Source: the human T2T-CHM13v2.0 reference genome, Homo sapiens. From it: a stretch of DNA of 64,000 bases. Each line of letters opens with the position of its first letter. Positions within the stretch are counted from its first letter, which is position 1. The stretch lies in the NCBI RefSeq assembly GCF_009914755.1, contig NC_060948.1, one strand, 5' to 3'. Both the position numbers and the translations under genes were made by a program. This document shows, one piece after another, positions 15,482 through 34,840 of this stretch. The notes beneath the pieces are model-generated. The model ran no database searches, was not told the origin of the DNA, and was given only the letters and a program-made list of their open reading frames with translations.

Positions 15482-17586
15482 AGATCCATATTTTTTAAAT
15501 GAAAAAAAATTTCAAAGGTACTCTGCTTGGTACAATAATCAAATGTATAAACTGAGGAATAAAACATAACCATGAAACCTACTTATAACTGCATATGGAA
15601 AATACAGAGGATAATTTTTTAAATAACATATTTTGAAAGCCTTAACTAGTAATTTGAAGAGCTGGCATTTGAAAGGCCTGTATGAATATACCTTCAAAGC
15701 AGCAACACAGGTTCCCCATGAGAAAAAGCAAACACAGGGAAAATAAAAACACAAAGGTTCAATCTCTTCTGACCTTTGAAAGACACAGCACAGACAGTGG
15801 TCCTTAGGACGAAGAGCAGGAGACCCCTAATTCCGTCACCATGGCGATAGGGCATAAACATTGCTGGGTGAGGGCACAATCCACATTGTGAGGTCCAACT
15901 GCTGCCAGGAAGACAGGAGTGCTTTTACATAGACCGAAAGGTCATTGAAGGCTCAGAGTTTTGTTTCAAGAACTGAATCCCAAGCCCACACGTTATTAGG
16001 CTGCGCTTCTTAAAACAAGTTATGAGATGGGAAAAAGGGCACCCACAAACATACGTATACATTATGTATATAATAATATACAGTATCATATATATAATAT
16101 ATATAACCTATGTATAATATTGTTTTACATCCTGCATCTTATGTTATATATATTGTATAAAATATAATAATTGATAATATATAAGTTTTATAATTATACA
16201 ATATGACATATAGTATATATTATAATTTATGACATATATAATATATGTTATATGTCATATATAGAATATATTATACGGTTAATATACGTATTAAATATAA
16301 ATTATACATTATATATATTATATATAATATATCTGTTATATATAATAACCATTATGCATAATATATATATTATGTCTATGTTATATATAGTATAAAACAA
16401 CATATAATAATATATAATTGTATATATAAAATGCGACATATAATATATATTATATTTTATAACATATGTAATATATATTATATATTATATATAATACGTT
16501 GTATGTATAATACCTATATTAAATATATATTATATGACTATGTTATTAATTACATGTCACATGTGTTATATATTATATATTTTACATAGAATATACCGGT
16601 TACATACAATATATACTATGTTACCTATAATGTATAATTTATTACATGTAAAATAAAGAATGCAATATATTATGTATAATTTATAATATACCATATGTGG
16701 AATGTGATATATATAACATATAATATATGATATATGATATACAGTATATGATATATAACATAGAATATATGATTCCTAATATATATGGTATACAATATAT
16801 ATTTCATGATATGTATTCTATATGTTTTATATTCTGTTATATATAACTATTTGAAATTATATATAACTGTATAATATTTTATGTAAATATGTAATATAAT
16901 ATATATAACTATATAATATATTATATATAACTATATATTATGTTATATATACTTTTATAACATAATTTACATAAAATATCATAATATAATATATATTATA
17001 TTATTTCATATTACATAATATATATTACATATCACCCAATATAACTAACATACATAATATTATAATATAGATTATATTATGTTATATAAAATATCATATA
17101 TATCATGTATCATATATTCTATAATATATATTACACATTATATAATATGTATGTTGTCTATTATGTGATATATATAACTATATATATAATTATATTTTTA
17201 TACATATAACAACATAAATATGTAATTCTACATATTTTCATTTATAATATGTAGAATTATATAATCATATATAATTATTTATATTCTATAAAAAATTTTA
17301 TCATTATATAAATTATAATATATAAAAATTATAATATGTACTACAAATATATATATTATATATCATATATGATATAGTACCTTTGTTATATATCATAATA
17401 CATATAAATGTGTATTATGTTATCTATAATTATATAATTTCATATATAACTTGTATAATATGTATCACATATTATATATGTTTTGTAATATATATAGTAT
17501 ATATAAGATGACACAGGATAAATATTATATACTATGACATATAAAATATATGAGGTTATATGTTACATATAAGGCATAGCACATAA

Positions 17587-17901
<315 letters not shown>

Positions 17902-20006
17902 AGATCCATATTTTTTAAATGAAAAAAAATTTCAAAGGTACTCTGCTTGGTACAATAATCAAATGTATAAACTGAGGAATAAAACATAACCATGAAACCT
18001 ACTTATAACTGCATATGGAAAATACAGAGGATAATTTTTTAAATAACATATTTTGAAAGCCTTAACTAGTAATTTGAAGAGTTGGCATTTGAAAGGCCAG
18101 TATGAATATACCTTCAAAGCAGCAACACAGGTTCCCCATGAGAAAAAGCAAACACAGGGAAAATAAAAACACAAAGGTTCAATCTCTTCTGACCTTTGAA
18201 AGACACAGCACAGACAGTGGTCCTTAGGACGAAGCGCAGGAGACCCCTAATTCCGTCACCATGGCGATAGGGCATAAACATTGCTGGGTGAGGGCACAAT
18301 CCACATTGTGAGGTCCAACTGCTGCCAGGAAGACAGGAGTGCTTTTACATAGACCGAAAGGTCATTGAAGGCTCAGAGTTTTGTTTCAAGAACTGAATCC
18401 CAAGCCCACACGTTATTAGGCTGCGCTTCTTAAAACAAGTTATGAGATGGGAAAAAGGGCACCCACAAACATACGTATACATTATGTATATAATAATATA
18501 CAGTATCATATATATAATATATATAACCTATGTATAATATTGTTTTACATCCTGCATCTTATGTTATATATATTGTATAAAATATAATAATTGATAATAT
18601 ATAAGTTTTATATTTATACAATATGACATATAGTATATATTATAATTTATGACATATATAATATATGTTATATATCATATATAGAATATATTATACGGTT
18701 AATATACGTATTAAATATAAATTATACATTATATATATTATATATAATATATCTGTTATATATAATACCCATTATGCATAATATATATATTATGTCTATG
18801 TTATATATAGTATAAAACAACATATAATAATATATAATTGTATATATAAAATGCGACATATAATATATATTATATTTTATAACATATGTAATATATATTA
18901 TATATTATATATAATACGTTGTATGTATAATACCTATATTAAATATATATTATATGACTATGTTATTAATTACACGTCACATGTGTTATATATTATATAT
19001 TTTACATAGAATATACCGGTTACATACAATATATACTATGTTACCTATAATGTATAATTTATTACATGTAAAATAAAGAATGCAATATATTATGCAAAAT
19101 TTATAATATACCATATGTGAAATGTGATATATATAACATATAATATATGATATAAGATATACAGTGTATGATATATAACATACAATATATGATTCCTAAT
19201 ATATATGGTATACAATATATATTTTATGATATGTATTCTATATGTTTTATATTCTGTTATATATAACTATTTGAAATTATATATAACTGTATAATATTTT
19301 ATGTAAATATGTAATATAATATATATAACTATATAATATATTTTATATAACTATATATTATGTTATATATACTTTTATAACATAATTTACATAAAATATC
19401 ATAATATAATATATATTATATTATTTCATATTACATAATATATATTACATATCACCCAATATAACTAACATACATAATATTATAATATAGATTATATTAT
19501 GTTATATTAAATATCATATATATCATGTATCATATATTCTATAATATATATTACACATTATATAATATGTATGTTGTCTATTATGTGATATATATAACAA
19601 TATATATAATTATATTTTTATACATATAACTAGATAAACACGTAATTCTACAAATTTTCATTTATAATATGTAGAATTATATAATCATATATAATTATTT
19701 ATATTCTTTAAAAAATTTTATCATTATATAAATTATAATATATAAAAATTATAATATGTACTACAAATATATATATTATATATCATATATGATATAGTAC
19801 CTTTGTTATATATCATAATACATATAAATGTGTATTATGTTATCTATAATTATATAATTTCATATATAAGATGTATAATATGTATCATATATTATATATG
19901 TTATGTAATATATATAGTATATATAAGATGACACAGGATAAATATTATGTACTATGACATATAAAATATATCAGGTTATATGTTACATATAAGTCATAGC
20001 ACATAA

Positions 20007-20321
<315 letters not shown>

Positions 20322-22449
20322 AGATCCATATTTTTTAAATGAAAAAAAATTTCAAAGGTACTCTGCTTGGTACAATAATCAAATGTATAAACTGAGGAAT
20401 AAAACATAACCATGAAACCTACTTATAACTGCATATGGAAAATACAGAGGATAATTTTTTAAATAACATATTTTGAAAGCCTTAACTAGTAATTTGAAGA
20501 GTTGGCATTTGAAAGGCCAGTATGAATATACCTTCAAAGCAGCAACACAGGTTCCCCATGAGAAAAAGCAAACACAGGGAAAATAAAAACACAAAGGTTC
20601 AATCTCTTCTGACCTTTGAAAGACACAGCACAGACAGTGGTCCTTAGGACGAAGAGCAGGAGACCCCTAATTCCGTCACCATGGCGATAGGGCATAAACA
20701 TTGCTGGGTGAGGGCACAATCCACATTGTGAGGTCCAACTGCTGCCAGGAAGACAGGAGTGCTTTTACATAGACCGAAAGGTCATTGAAGGCTCAGAGTT
20801 TTGTTTCAAGAACTGAATCCCAAGCCCACACGTTATTAGGCTGCGCTTCTTAAAACAAGTTATGAGATGGGAAAAAGGGCACCCACAAACATACGTATAC
20901 ATTATGTATATAATAATATACAGTGTCATATATATAATATATATAACCTATGTATAACATTGTTTTACATCCTGCATCTTATGTTATATATATTGTATAA
21001 AATATAATAATTGATAATATATAAGTTTTATAATTATACAATATGACATATAGTATATATTATAATTTATGACATATATAATATATGTTATATGTCATAT
21101 ATAGAATATATTATACGGTTAATATACGTATTAAATATAAATTATACATTATATATATTATATATAATATATCTGTTATATATAATAACCATTATGCATA
21201 ATATATATATTATGTCTATGTTATATATAGTATAAAACAACATATAATAATATATAATTGTATATATAAAATGCGACATATAATATATATTATATTTTAT
21301 AACACATGTAATATATATTTTATATTATATATAATACGTTGTATGTATAATACCTATATTAAATATATATTATATGACTATGTTATTAATTACATGTCAC
21401 ATGTGTTATATATTATATATTTTACATAGAATATACCGGTTGCATACAATATATACTATGTTACCTATAATGTATAATTTATTACATGTAAAATAAAGAA
21501 TGCAATATATTATGTATAATTTATAATATACCGTATGTGGAATGTGATATATATAACATATAATATATGATATATGATATACAGTATATGATATATAACA
21601 TACGATATATGATTCCTAATATATATGGTATACAATATATATTTTATGATATGTATTCTATATGTTTTATATTCTGTTATATATAACTATTTGAAATTAT
21701 ATATAACTGTATAATATTTTATGTAAATATGTAATATAATGTATATAACTATATATTATATTATATATAACTATATATTATGTTATATATACTTTTATAA
21801 CATAATTTACATAAAATATCATAATATAATATATATTATATTATTTCATATTACATAATATATATTACATATCACCCAATATAACTAACATACATAATAT
21901 TATAATATAGATTATATTGTGTTATATTAAATATCATATATATCATGTATCATATATTCTATAATATATATTACACAGTATATAATATGTATGTTGTCTA
22001 TTATGTGATATATATAACTATATATATAATTATATTTTTATACATATAACTAGATAAACATGTAATTCTACATATTTTCATTTATAATATGTAGAATTAT
22101 ATAATCATATATAATTATTTATATTCTATAAAAAATTTTATCATTATATAAATTATAATATATAAAAATTATAATATGTACTACAAATATATATATTATA
22201 TATCATATATGATATAGTACCTTTGTTATATATCATAATACATATAAATGTGTATTATGTTATCTATAATTATATAATTTCATATATAAGATGTATAATA
22301 TGTGTCATATATTATATATGTTATGTAATATATATAGTATATATAAGATGACACAGGATAAATATTATATACTATGACATATAAAATATATGAGGTTATA
22401 TGTTACATATAAGGCATAGCACATAACATGTAATATATATCATATATAA

Positions 22450-22741
22450 TTTTTTTTTAGACAGAATCTTGTCCTGTTGCACAGGGTGGGGTACAATGGC
22501 GCCATCTTTGCTCACTGCAACTTCTCCCTCACGGGTCCAAGCGATTGTCCTCCCTCAGCCTCCCAGGTAGCTGGGACTACACCACACTGGGACTACACCA
22601 GCTGCCACCATGCCTAGCTAATTTTTTGGATTTTTAGTAGTGACAGCGTTTCACTGTATTGGCCAGGATGGTCTTGATCTCTTCACCTTGTGATCCCCTT
22701 GCCTTGGCCTCCAAATTTGCTGGGATTACAGGCCTGAGCCA
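22450..22741 (-). mobile_element. Alu, U10
   Basis: Same antisense Alu. Confidence 0.95.
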
Positions 22742-24846
22742 AGATCCATATTTTTTAAATGAAAAAAAATTTCAAAGGTACTCTGCTTGGTACAATAATC
22801 AAATGTATAAACTGAGGAGTAAAACATAACCATGAAACCTACTTATAACTGCATATGGAAAATACAGAGGATAATTTTTTAAATAACATATTTTGAAAGC
22901 CTTAACTAGTAATTTGAAGAGTTGGCATTTGAAAGGCCAGTATGAATATACCTTCAAAGCAGCAACACAGGTTCCCCATGAGAAAAAGCAAACACAGGGA
23001 AAATAAAAACACAAAGGTTCAATCTCTTCTGACCTTTGAAAGACACAGCACAGACAGTGGTCCTTAGGACGAAGAGCAGGAGACCCCTAATTCCGTCACC
23101 ATGGCGATAGGGCATAAACATTGCTGGGTGAGGGCACAATCCACATTGTGAGGTCCAACTGCTGCCAGGAAGACAGGAGTGCTTTTACATAGACCGAAAA
23201 GTCATTGAAGGCTCAGAGTTTTGTTTCAAGAACTGAATCCCAAGCCCACACGTTATTAGGCTGTGCTTCTTAAAACAAGTTATGAGATGGGAAAAAGGGC
23301 ACCCACAAACATACGTATACATTATGTATATAATAATATACAGTGTCATATATATAATATATATAACCTATGTATAATATTGTTTTACATCCTGCATCTT
23401 ATATTATATATATTGTATAAAATATAATAATTGATAATATATAAGTTTTATAATTATACAATATGACATATAGTATATATTATAATTTATGACATATATA
23501 ATATATGTTATATGTCATATATAGAATATATTATACGGTTAATATACGTATTAAATATAAATTATACATTATATATATTATATATAATATATCTGTTATA
23601 TGTAATACCCATTATGCATAATATATATATTATGTCTATGTTATATATAGTATAAAACAACATATAATAATATATAATTGTATATATAAAATGCGACATA
23701 TAATATATATTATATTTTATAACATATGTAATATATATTATATATTATATATAATACGTTATACGTATAATACCTATATTAAATATATATTATATGACTA
23801 TGTTATTAATTACATGTCACATGTGTTATATATTATATATTTTACATAGAATATACCGGTTACATACAATATATACTATGTTACCTATAATGTATAATTT
23901 ATTACATGTAAAATAAAGAATGCAATATATTATGTATAATTTATAATATACAATATGTGGAATGTGATATATATAACATATAATATATGATATTTGATAT
24001 ACAGTATATGATATATAACATACAATGTATGATTCCTAATATATATGGTATACAATATATATTTTATGATATGTATTCTATATGTTTTATATTCTGTTAT
24101 ATATAACTATTTGAAATTATATATAACTGTATAATATTTTATGTAAATATGTAATATAATATATATAACTATATAATATATTATATATAACTATATATTA
24201 TGTTATATATACTTTTATAACATAATTTACATAAAATATCATAATATAATATATATTATATTATTTCATATTACATAATATATATTACATATCACCCAAT
24301 AGAACTAACATACATAATATTATAATATAGATTATATTGTGTTATATTAAATATCATATATATCATGTATCATATATTCTACAATATATATTACACATTA
24401 TATAATATGTATGTTGTCTATTATGTGATATATATAACTATATATATAATTATATTTTTATACATATAACTAGATAAACATGTAATTCTACATATTTTCA
24501 TTTATAATATGTAGAATTATATAATCATATATAATTATTTATATTCTATAAAAAATTTTATCATTATATAAATTATAATATATAAAAATTATAATATGTA
24601 CTACAAATATATATATTATATATCATATATGATATAGTACCTTTGTTATATTTCATAATACATATAAATGTGTATTATGTTATCTATAATTATATAATTT
24701 CATATATAAGATGTATAATATGTATCTTATGTTATATATGTTATGTAATATATATAGTATATATAAGATGACACAGGATAAATATTATATTCTATGACTT
24801 ATAAAATATATGAGGTTATATGTTACATATAAGGCATAGCACATAA

Positions 24847-25161
<315 letters not shown>

Positions 25162-27266
25162 AGATCCATATTTTTTAAATGAAAAAAAATTTCAAAGGTA
25201 CTCTGCTTGGTACAATAATCAAATGTATAAACTGAGGAATAAAACATAACCATGAAACCTACTTATAACTGCATATGGAAAATACAGAGGATAATTTTTT
25301 AAATAACATATTTTGAAAGCCTTAAGTAGTAATTTGAAGAGCTGGCATTTGAAAGGCCAGTATGAATATACCTTCAAAGCAGCAACACAGGTTCCCCATG
25401 AGAAAAAGCAAACACAGGGAAAATAAAAACACAAAGGTTCAATCTCTTCTGACCTTTGAAAGACACAGCACAGACAGTGGTCCTTAGGACGAAGAGCAGG
25501 AGACCCCTAATTCCGTCACCATGGCGATAGGGCATAAACATTGCTGGGTGAGGGCACAATCCACATTGTGAGGTCCAACTGCTGCCAGGAAGACAGGAGT
25601 GCTTTTACATAGACCGAAAGGTCATTGAAGGCTCAGAGTTTTGTTTCAAGAACTGAATCCCAAGCCCACACGTTATTAGGCTGCGCTTCTTAAAACAAGG
25701 TATGAGATGGGAAAAAGGGCACCCACAAACATACGTATACATTATGTATATAATAATATACAGTATCATATATATAACATATATAACCTATGTATAATAT
25801 TGTTTTACATCCTGCATCTTATGTTATATATATTGTATAAAATATAATAATTGATAATATATAAGTTTTATAATTATACAATATGACATATAGTATATAT
25901 TATAATTTATGACATATATAATATATGTTATATGTCATATATAGAATATATTATACGGTTAATATACGTATTAAATATAAATTATACATTATATATATTA
26001 TATATAATATATCTGTTATATATAATACCCATTATGCATAATATATATATTATGTCTATGTTATATATAGTATAAAACAACATATAATAATATATAATTG
26101 TATATATAAAATGCGACATATAATATATATTATATTTTATAACATATGTAATATATATTATATATTATATATAATACGTTGTATGTATAATACCTATATT
26201 AAATATATATTATATGACTATGTTATTAATTACATGTCACATGTGTTATATATTATATATTTTACATAGAATATACCGGTTACATACAATATATACTATG
26301 TTACCTATAATGTATAATTTATTACATGTAAAATAAAGAATGCAATATATTATGTATAATTTATAATATACCATATGTGGAATGTGATATATATAACATA
26401 TAATATATGATATATGATATACAGTATATGATATATAACATACAATATATGATTCCTAATATATATGGTATACAATATATATTTCATGATTTGTATTCTA
26501 TATGTTTTATATTCTGTTATATATAACTATTTGAAATTATATATAACTGTATAATATTTTATGTAAATATGTAATATAATATATATAACTATATAATATA
26601 TTATATATAACTATATATTATGTTATATATACTTTTATAACATAATTTACATAAAATATCATAATATAATATATATTATATTATTTCATATTACATAATA
26701 TATATTACATATCACCCAATATAACTAACATACATAATATTATAATATAGATTATATTATGTTATATTAAATATCATATATATCATGTATCATATATTCT
26801 ATAATATATATTACACATTATATAATATGTATGTTGTCTATTATGTGATATATACAACTACATATATAATTATATTTTTATACATATAACTAGATAAACA
26901 TGTAATTCTACATATTTTCATTTATAATATGTAGAATTATATAATCATATATAATTATTTATATTCTATAAAAAATTTTATCATTATATAAATTATAATA
27001 TATAAAAATTATAATATGTACTACAAATATATATATTATATATCATATATGCTATAGTACCTTTGTTATATATCATAATACATATAAATGTGTATTATGT
27101 TATCTATAATTATATAATTTCATATATAAGTTGTATAATATGTATCATATATTATATATGTTATGTAATATATATAGTATATATAAGATGACACAGGATA
27201 AATATTGTATACTATGACATATAAAATATATGAGGTTATATGTTACATATAAGGCATAGCACATAA

Positions 27267-27581
<315 letters not shown>

Positions 27582-29684
27582 AGATCCATATTTTTTAAAT
27601 GAAAAAAAATTTCAAAGGTACTCTGCTTGGTACAATAATCAAATGTATAAACTGAGGAATAAAACATAACCATGAAACCTACTTATAACTGCATATGGAA
27701 AATACAGAGGATAATTTTTTAAATAACATATTTTGAAAGCCTTAACTAGTAATTTGAAGAGCTGGCATTTGAAAGGCCAGTATGAATATACCTTCAAAGC
27801 AGCAACACAGGTTCCCCATGAGAAAAAGCAAACACAGGGAAAATAAAAACACAAAGGTTCAATCTCTTCTGACCTTTGAAAGACACAGCACAGACAGTGG
27901 TCCTTAGGACGAAGAGCAGGAGACCCCTAATTCCGTCACCATGGCGATAGGGCATAAACATTGCTGGGTGAGGGCACAATCCACATTGTGAGGTCCAACT
28001 GCTGCCAGGAAGACAGGAGTGCTTTTACATAGACCGAAAGGTCATTGAAGGCTCAGAGTTTTGTTTCAAGAACTGAATCCCAAGCCCACACGTTATTAGG
28101 CTGCGCTTCTTAAAACAAGTTAGGAGATGGGAAAAAGGGCACCCACAAACATACGTATACATTATGTATATAATAATATACAGTATCATATATATAATAT
28201 ATATAACCTATGTATAATATTGTTTTACACCCCGCATCTTATGTTATATATAGTATAAAATATAATAATTGAAAATATATAAGATTTATAATTATACAAT
28301 ATGACATATAGTATATATTATAATTTATGACATATATAATATATGTTATATGTCATATATAGAATATATTATACAGTTAATATACGTATTAAATATAAAT
28401 TATACATTATATATATTATATATAATATATCTGTTATATATAATACCCATTATGCATAATATATATATTATGTCTATGTTATATATAGTATAAAACAACA
28501 TATAATAATATATAATTGTATATATAAAATGCGACATATAATATATATTATATTTTATAATATATGTAATATATATTATATATTATATATAATACGTTGT
28601 ATGTATAATACCTATATTAAATATATATTATATGACTATGTTATTAATTACATGTCACATGTGTTATATATTATATATTTTACATAGAATATACCGGTTA
28701 CATACAATATATACTATGTTACCTATAATGTATAATTTATTACATGTAAAATAAAGAATGCAATATATTATGTATAATTTATAATATACCATATGTGGAA
28801 TGTGATATATATAACATATAATACATGATATATGATATAAAGTATATGATATATAACATACAATATATGATTCCTAATATATATGGTATACAATATATAT
28901 TTTATGATATGTATTCTATATGTTTTATATTCTGTTATATATAACTATTTGAAATTATATATAACTGTATAATATTTTATGTAAATATGTAATATAATAT
29001 ATATAACTATATAATATATTATATATAACTATATATTATGTTATATATACTTTTATAACATAATTTACATAAAATATCATAATCTAATATATATTATATT
29101 ATTTCATATTACATAATATATATTACATATCACCCAATATAACTAACATACATAATATTGTAATATAGATTATATTATGTTATATTAAATATCATATATA
29201 TCATGTATCATATATTCTATAATATATATTACACATTATATAATATGTATGTTGTCTATTATGTGATATATATAACTATATATATAATTATATTTTTATA
29301 CATATAACTAGATAAACATGTAATTCTACATATTTTCATTTATAATATGTAGAATTATGTAATCATATATAATTATTTATATTCTATAAAAAATTTTATC
29401 ATTCTATAAATTATAATATATAAAAATTATAATATGTACTACAAATATATATATTATATATCATATATGATATAGTACCTTTGTTATATATCATAATACA
29501 TATAAATGTGTATTATGTTATCTATAATTATATAATTTCATATATAAGATGTATAATATGTATCATATATTATATATGTTATGTAATATATATAGTATAT
29601 ATAAGATGACACAGGATAAATATTATATACTATGACATATAAAATATATCAGGTTATATGTTACATATAAGGCATAGCACATAA

Positions 29685-29999
<315 letters not shown>

Positions 30000-32128
30000 A
30001 GATCCATATTTTTTAAATGAAAAAAAATTTCAAAGGTACTCTGCTTGGTACAATAATCAAATGTATAAACTGAGGAATAAAACATAACCATGAAACCTAC
30101 TTATAACTGCATATGGAAAATACAGAGGATAATTTTTTAAATAACATATTTTGAAAGCCTTAACTAGTAATTTGAAGAGCTGGCATTTGAAAGGCCAGTA
30201 TGAATATACCTTCAAAGCAGCATCACAGGTTCCCCAATGAGAAAAAGCAAACACAGGGAAAATAAAAACACAAAGGTTCAATCTCTTCTGACCTTTGAAA
30301 GACACAGCACAGACAGTGGTCCTTAGGACGAAGAGCAGGAGACCCCTAATTCCGTCACCATGGCGATAGGGCATAAACATTGCTGGGTGAGGGCACAATC
30401 CACATTGTGAGGTCCAACTGCTGCCAGGAAGACAGGAGTGCTTTTACATAGACCGAAAGGTCATTGAAGGCTCAGAGTTTTGTTTCAAGAACTGAATCCC
30501 AAGCCCACACGTTATTAGGCTGCGCTTCTTAAAACAAGTTATGAGATGGGAAAAAGGGCACCCACAAACATACGTATACATTATGTATATAATAATATAC
30601 AGTGTCATATATATAATATATATAACCTATGTATAATATTGTTTTACATCCTGCATCTTATGTTATATATATTGTATAAAATATAATAATTGATAATATA
30701 TAAGTTTTATAATTATACAATATGACATATAGTATATATTATAATTTATGACATATATAATATATGTTATATGTCATATATAGAATATATTATACGGTTA
30801 ATATACGTATTAAATATAAATTATACATTATATATATTATATATAATATATCTGTTATATATAATACCCATTATGCATAATATATATATTATGTCTATGT
30901 TATATATAGTATAAAACAACATATAATAATATATAATTGTATATATAAAATGCGACATAGAATATATATTATATTTTATAACATATGTAATATATATTAT
31001 ATATTATATATAATACGTTGTATGTATAATACCTATATTAAATATATATTATATGACTATGTTATTAATTACATGTCACATGTGTTATATATTATATATT
31101 TTACATAGAATATACCGGTTACATACAATATATACTATGTTACCGATAATGTATAATTTATTACATGTAAAATAAAGAATGCAATATATTATGTATAATT
31201 TATCATATACCATATGTGGAATGTGATACATATAACATATAATATATGATATATGATATACAGTATATGATATATAACATAAAATATGTGATTCCTAATA
31301 TATATGGTATACAATATATATTTTATGATATGTATTCTATATGTTTTATATTCTGTTATATATAACTATTTGAAATTATATATAACTGTATAATATTTTA
31401 TGTAAATATGTAATATAATGTATATAACTATATATTATATTATATATAACTATATATTATGTTATATATACTTTTATAACATAATTTACATAAAATATCA
31501 TAATATAATATATATTATATTATTTCATATTACATAATATATATTACATATCACCCAATATAACTAACATACATAATATTATAATATAGATTATATTGTG
31601 TTATATTAAATATCATATATATCATGTATCATATATTCTATAATATATATTACACAGTATATAATATGTATGTTGTCTATTATGTGATATATATAACTAT
31701 ATATATAATTATATTTTTATACATATAACTAGATAAACATGTAATTCTACATATTTTCATTTATAATATGTAGAATTATATAATCATATATAATTATTTA
31801 TATTCTATAAAAAATTTTATCATTATATAAATTATAATATATAAAAATTATAATATGTACTACAAATATATATATTATATATCATATATGATATAGTACC
31901 TTTGTTATATATCATAATACATATAAATGTGTATTATGTTATCTATAATTATATAATTTCATATATAAGATGTATAATATGTGTCATATATTATATATGG
32001 TATGTAATATATATAGTATATATAAGATGACACAGGATAAATATTATATACTATGACATATAAAATATATGAGGTTATATGTTACATATAAGGCATAGCA
32101 CATAACATGTAATATATATCATATATAA

Positions 32129-32420
32129 TTTTTTTTTAGACAGAATCTTGTCCTGTTGCACAGGGTGGGGTACAATGGCGCCATCTTTGCTCACTGCAAC
32201 TTCTCCCTCACGGGTCCAAGCGATTGTCCTCCCTCAGCCTCCCAGGTAGCTGGGACTACACCACACTGGGACTACACCAGCTGCCACCATGCCTAGCTAA
32301 TTTTTTGGATTTTTAGTAGTGACAGCGTTTCACTGTATTGGCCAGGATGGTCTTGATCTCTTCACCTTGTGATCCCCTTGCCTTGGCCTCCAAATTTGCT
32401 GGGATTACAGGCCTGAGCCA
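32129..32420 (-). mobile_element. Alu, U14
   Basis: Same antisense Alu. Confidence 0.95.
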
Positions 32421-34525
32421 AGATCCATATTTTTTAAATGAAAAAAAATTTCAAAGGTACTCTGCTTGGTACAATAATCAAATGTATAAACTGAGGAGTA
32501 AAACATAACCATGAAACCTACTTATAACTGCATATGGAAAATACAGAGGATAATTTTTTAAATAACATATTTTGAAAGCCTTAACTAGTAATTTGAAGAG
32601 TTGGCATTTGAAAGGCCAGTATGAATATACCTTCAAAGCAGCAACACAGGTTCCCCATGAGAAAAAGCAAACACAGGGAAAATAAAAACACAAAGGTTCA
32701 ATCTCTTCTGACCTTTGAAAGACACAGCACAGACAGTGGTCCTTAGGACGAAGAGCAGGAGACCCCTAATTCCGTCACCATGGCGATAGGGCATAAACAT
32801 TGCTGGGTGAGGGCACAATCCACATTGTGAGGTCCAACTGCTGCCAGGAAGACAGGAGTGCTTTTACATAGACCGAAAAGTCATTGAAGGCTCAGAGTTT
32901 TGTTTCAAGAACTGAATCCCAAGCCCACACGTTATTAGGCTGTGCTTCTTAAAACAAGTTATGAGATGGGAAAAAGGGCACCCACAAACATACGTATACA
33001 TTATGTATATAATAATATACAGTGTCATATATATAATATATATAACCTATGTATAATATTGTTTTACATCCTGCATCTTATGTTATATATATTGTATAAA
33101 ATATAATAATTGATAATATATAAGTTTTATAATTATACAATATGACATATAGTATATATTATAATTTATGACATATATAATATATGTTATATGTCATATA
33201 TAGAATATATTATACGGTTAATATACGTATTAAATATAAATTATACATTATATATATTATATATAATATATCTGTTATATGTAATACCCATTATGCATAA
33301 TATATATATTATGTCTATGTTATATATAGTATAAAACAACATATAATAATATATAATTGTATATATAAAATGCGACATATAATATATATTATATTTTATA
33401 ACATATGTAATATATATTATATATTATATATAATACGTTATACGTATAATACCTATATTAAATATATATTATATGACTATGTTATTAATTACATGTCACA
33501 TGTGTTATATATTATATATTTTACATAGAATATACCGGTTACATACAATATATACTATGTTACCTATAATGTATAATTTATTACATGTAAAATAAAGAAT
33601 GCAATATATTATGTATAATTTATAATATACAATATGTGGAATGTGATATATATAACATATAATATATGATATTTGATATACAGTATATGATATATAACAT
33701 ACAATGTATGATTCCTAATATATATGGTATACAATATATATTTTATGATATGTATTCTATATGTTTTATATTCTGTTATATATAACTATTTGAAATTATA
33801 TATAACTGTATAATATTTTATGTAAATATGTAATATAATATATATAACTATATAATATATTATATATAACTATATATTATGTTATATATACTTTTATAAC
33901 ATAATTTACATAAAATATCATAATATAATATATATTATATTATTTCATATTACATAATATATATTACATATCACCCAATAGAACTAACATACATAATATT
34001 ATAATATAGATTATATTGTGTTATATTAAATATCATATATATCATGTATCATATATTCTACAATATATATTACACATTATATAATATGTATGTTGTCTAT
34101 TATGTGATATATATAACTATATATATAATTATATTTTTATACATATAACTAGATAAACATGTAATTCTACATATTTTCATTTATAATATGTAGAATTATA
34201 TAATCATATATAATTATTTATATTCTATAAAAAATTTTATCATTATATAAATTATAATATATAAAAATTATAATATGTACTACAAATATATATATTATAT
34301 ATCATATATGATATAGTACCTTTGTTATATTTCATAATACATATAAATGTGTATTATGTTATCTATAATTATATAATTTCATATATAAGATGTATAATAT
34401 GTATCTTATGTTATATATGTTATGTAATATATATAGTATATATAAGATGACACAGGATAAATATTATATTCTATGACTTATAAAATATATGAGGTTATAT
34501 GTTACATATAAGGCATAGCACATAA

Positions 34526-34840
<315 letters not shown>

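Noticed and set aside
30057-30398. 113-aa ORF (also 39736-40077)
   Set aside because: Created by a 1-bp A insertion (CCCCAATG) fusing two spurious frames. It appears twice only because of the 9,679-bp duplication.
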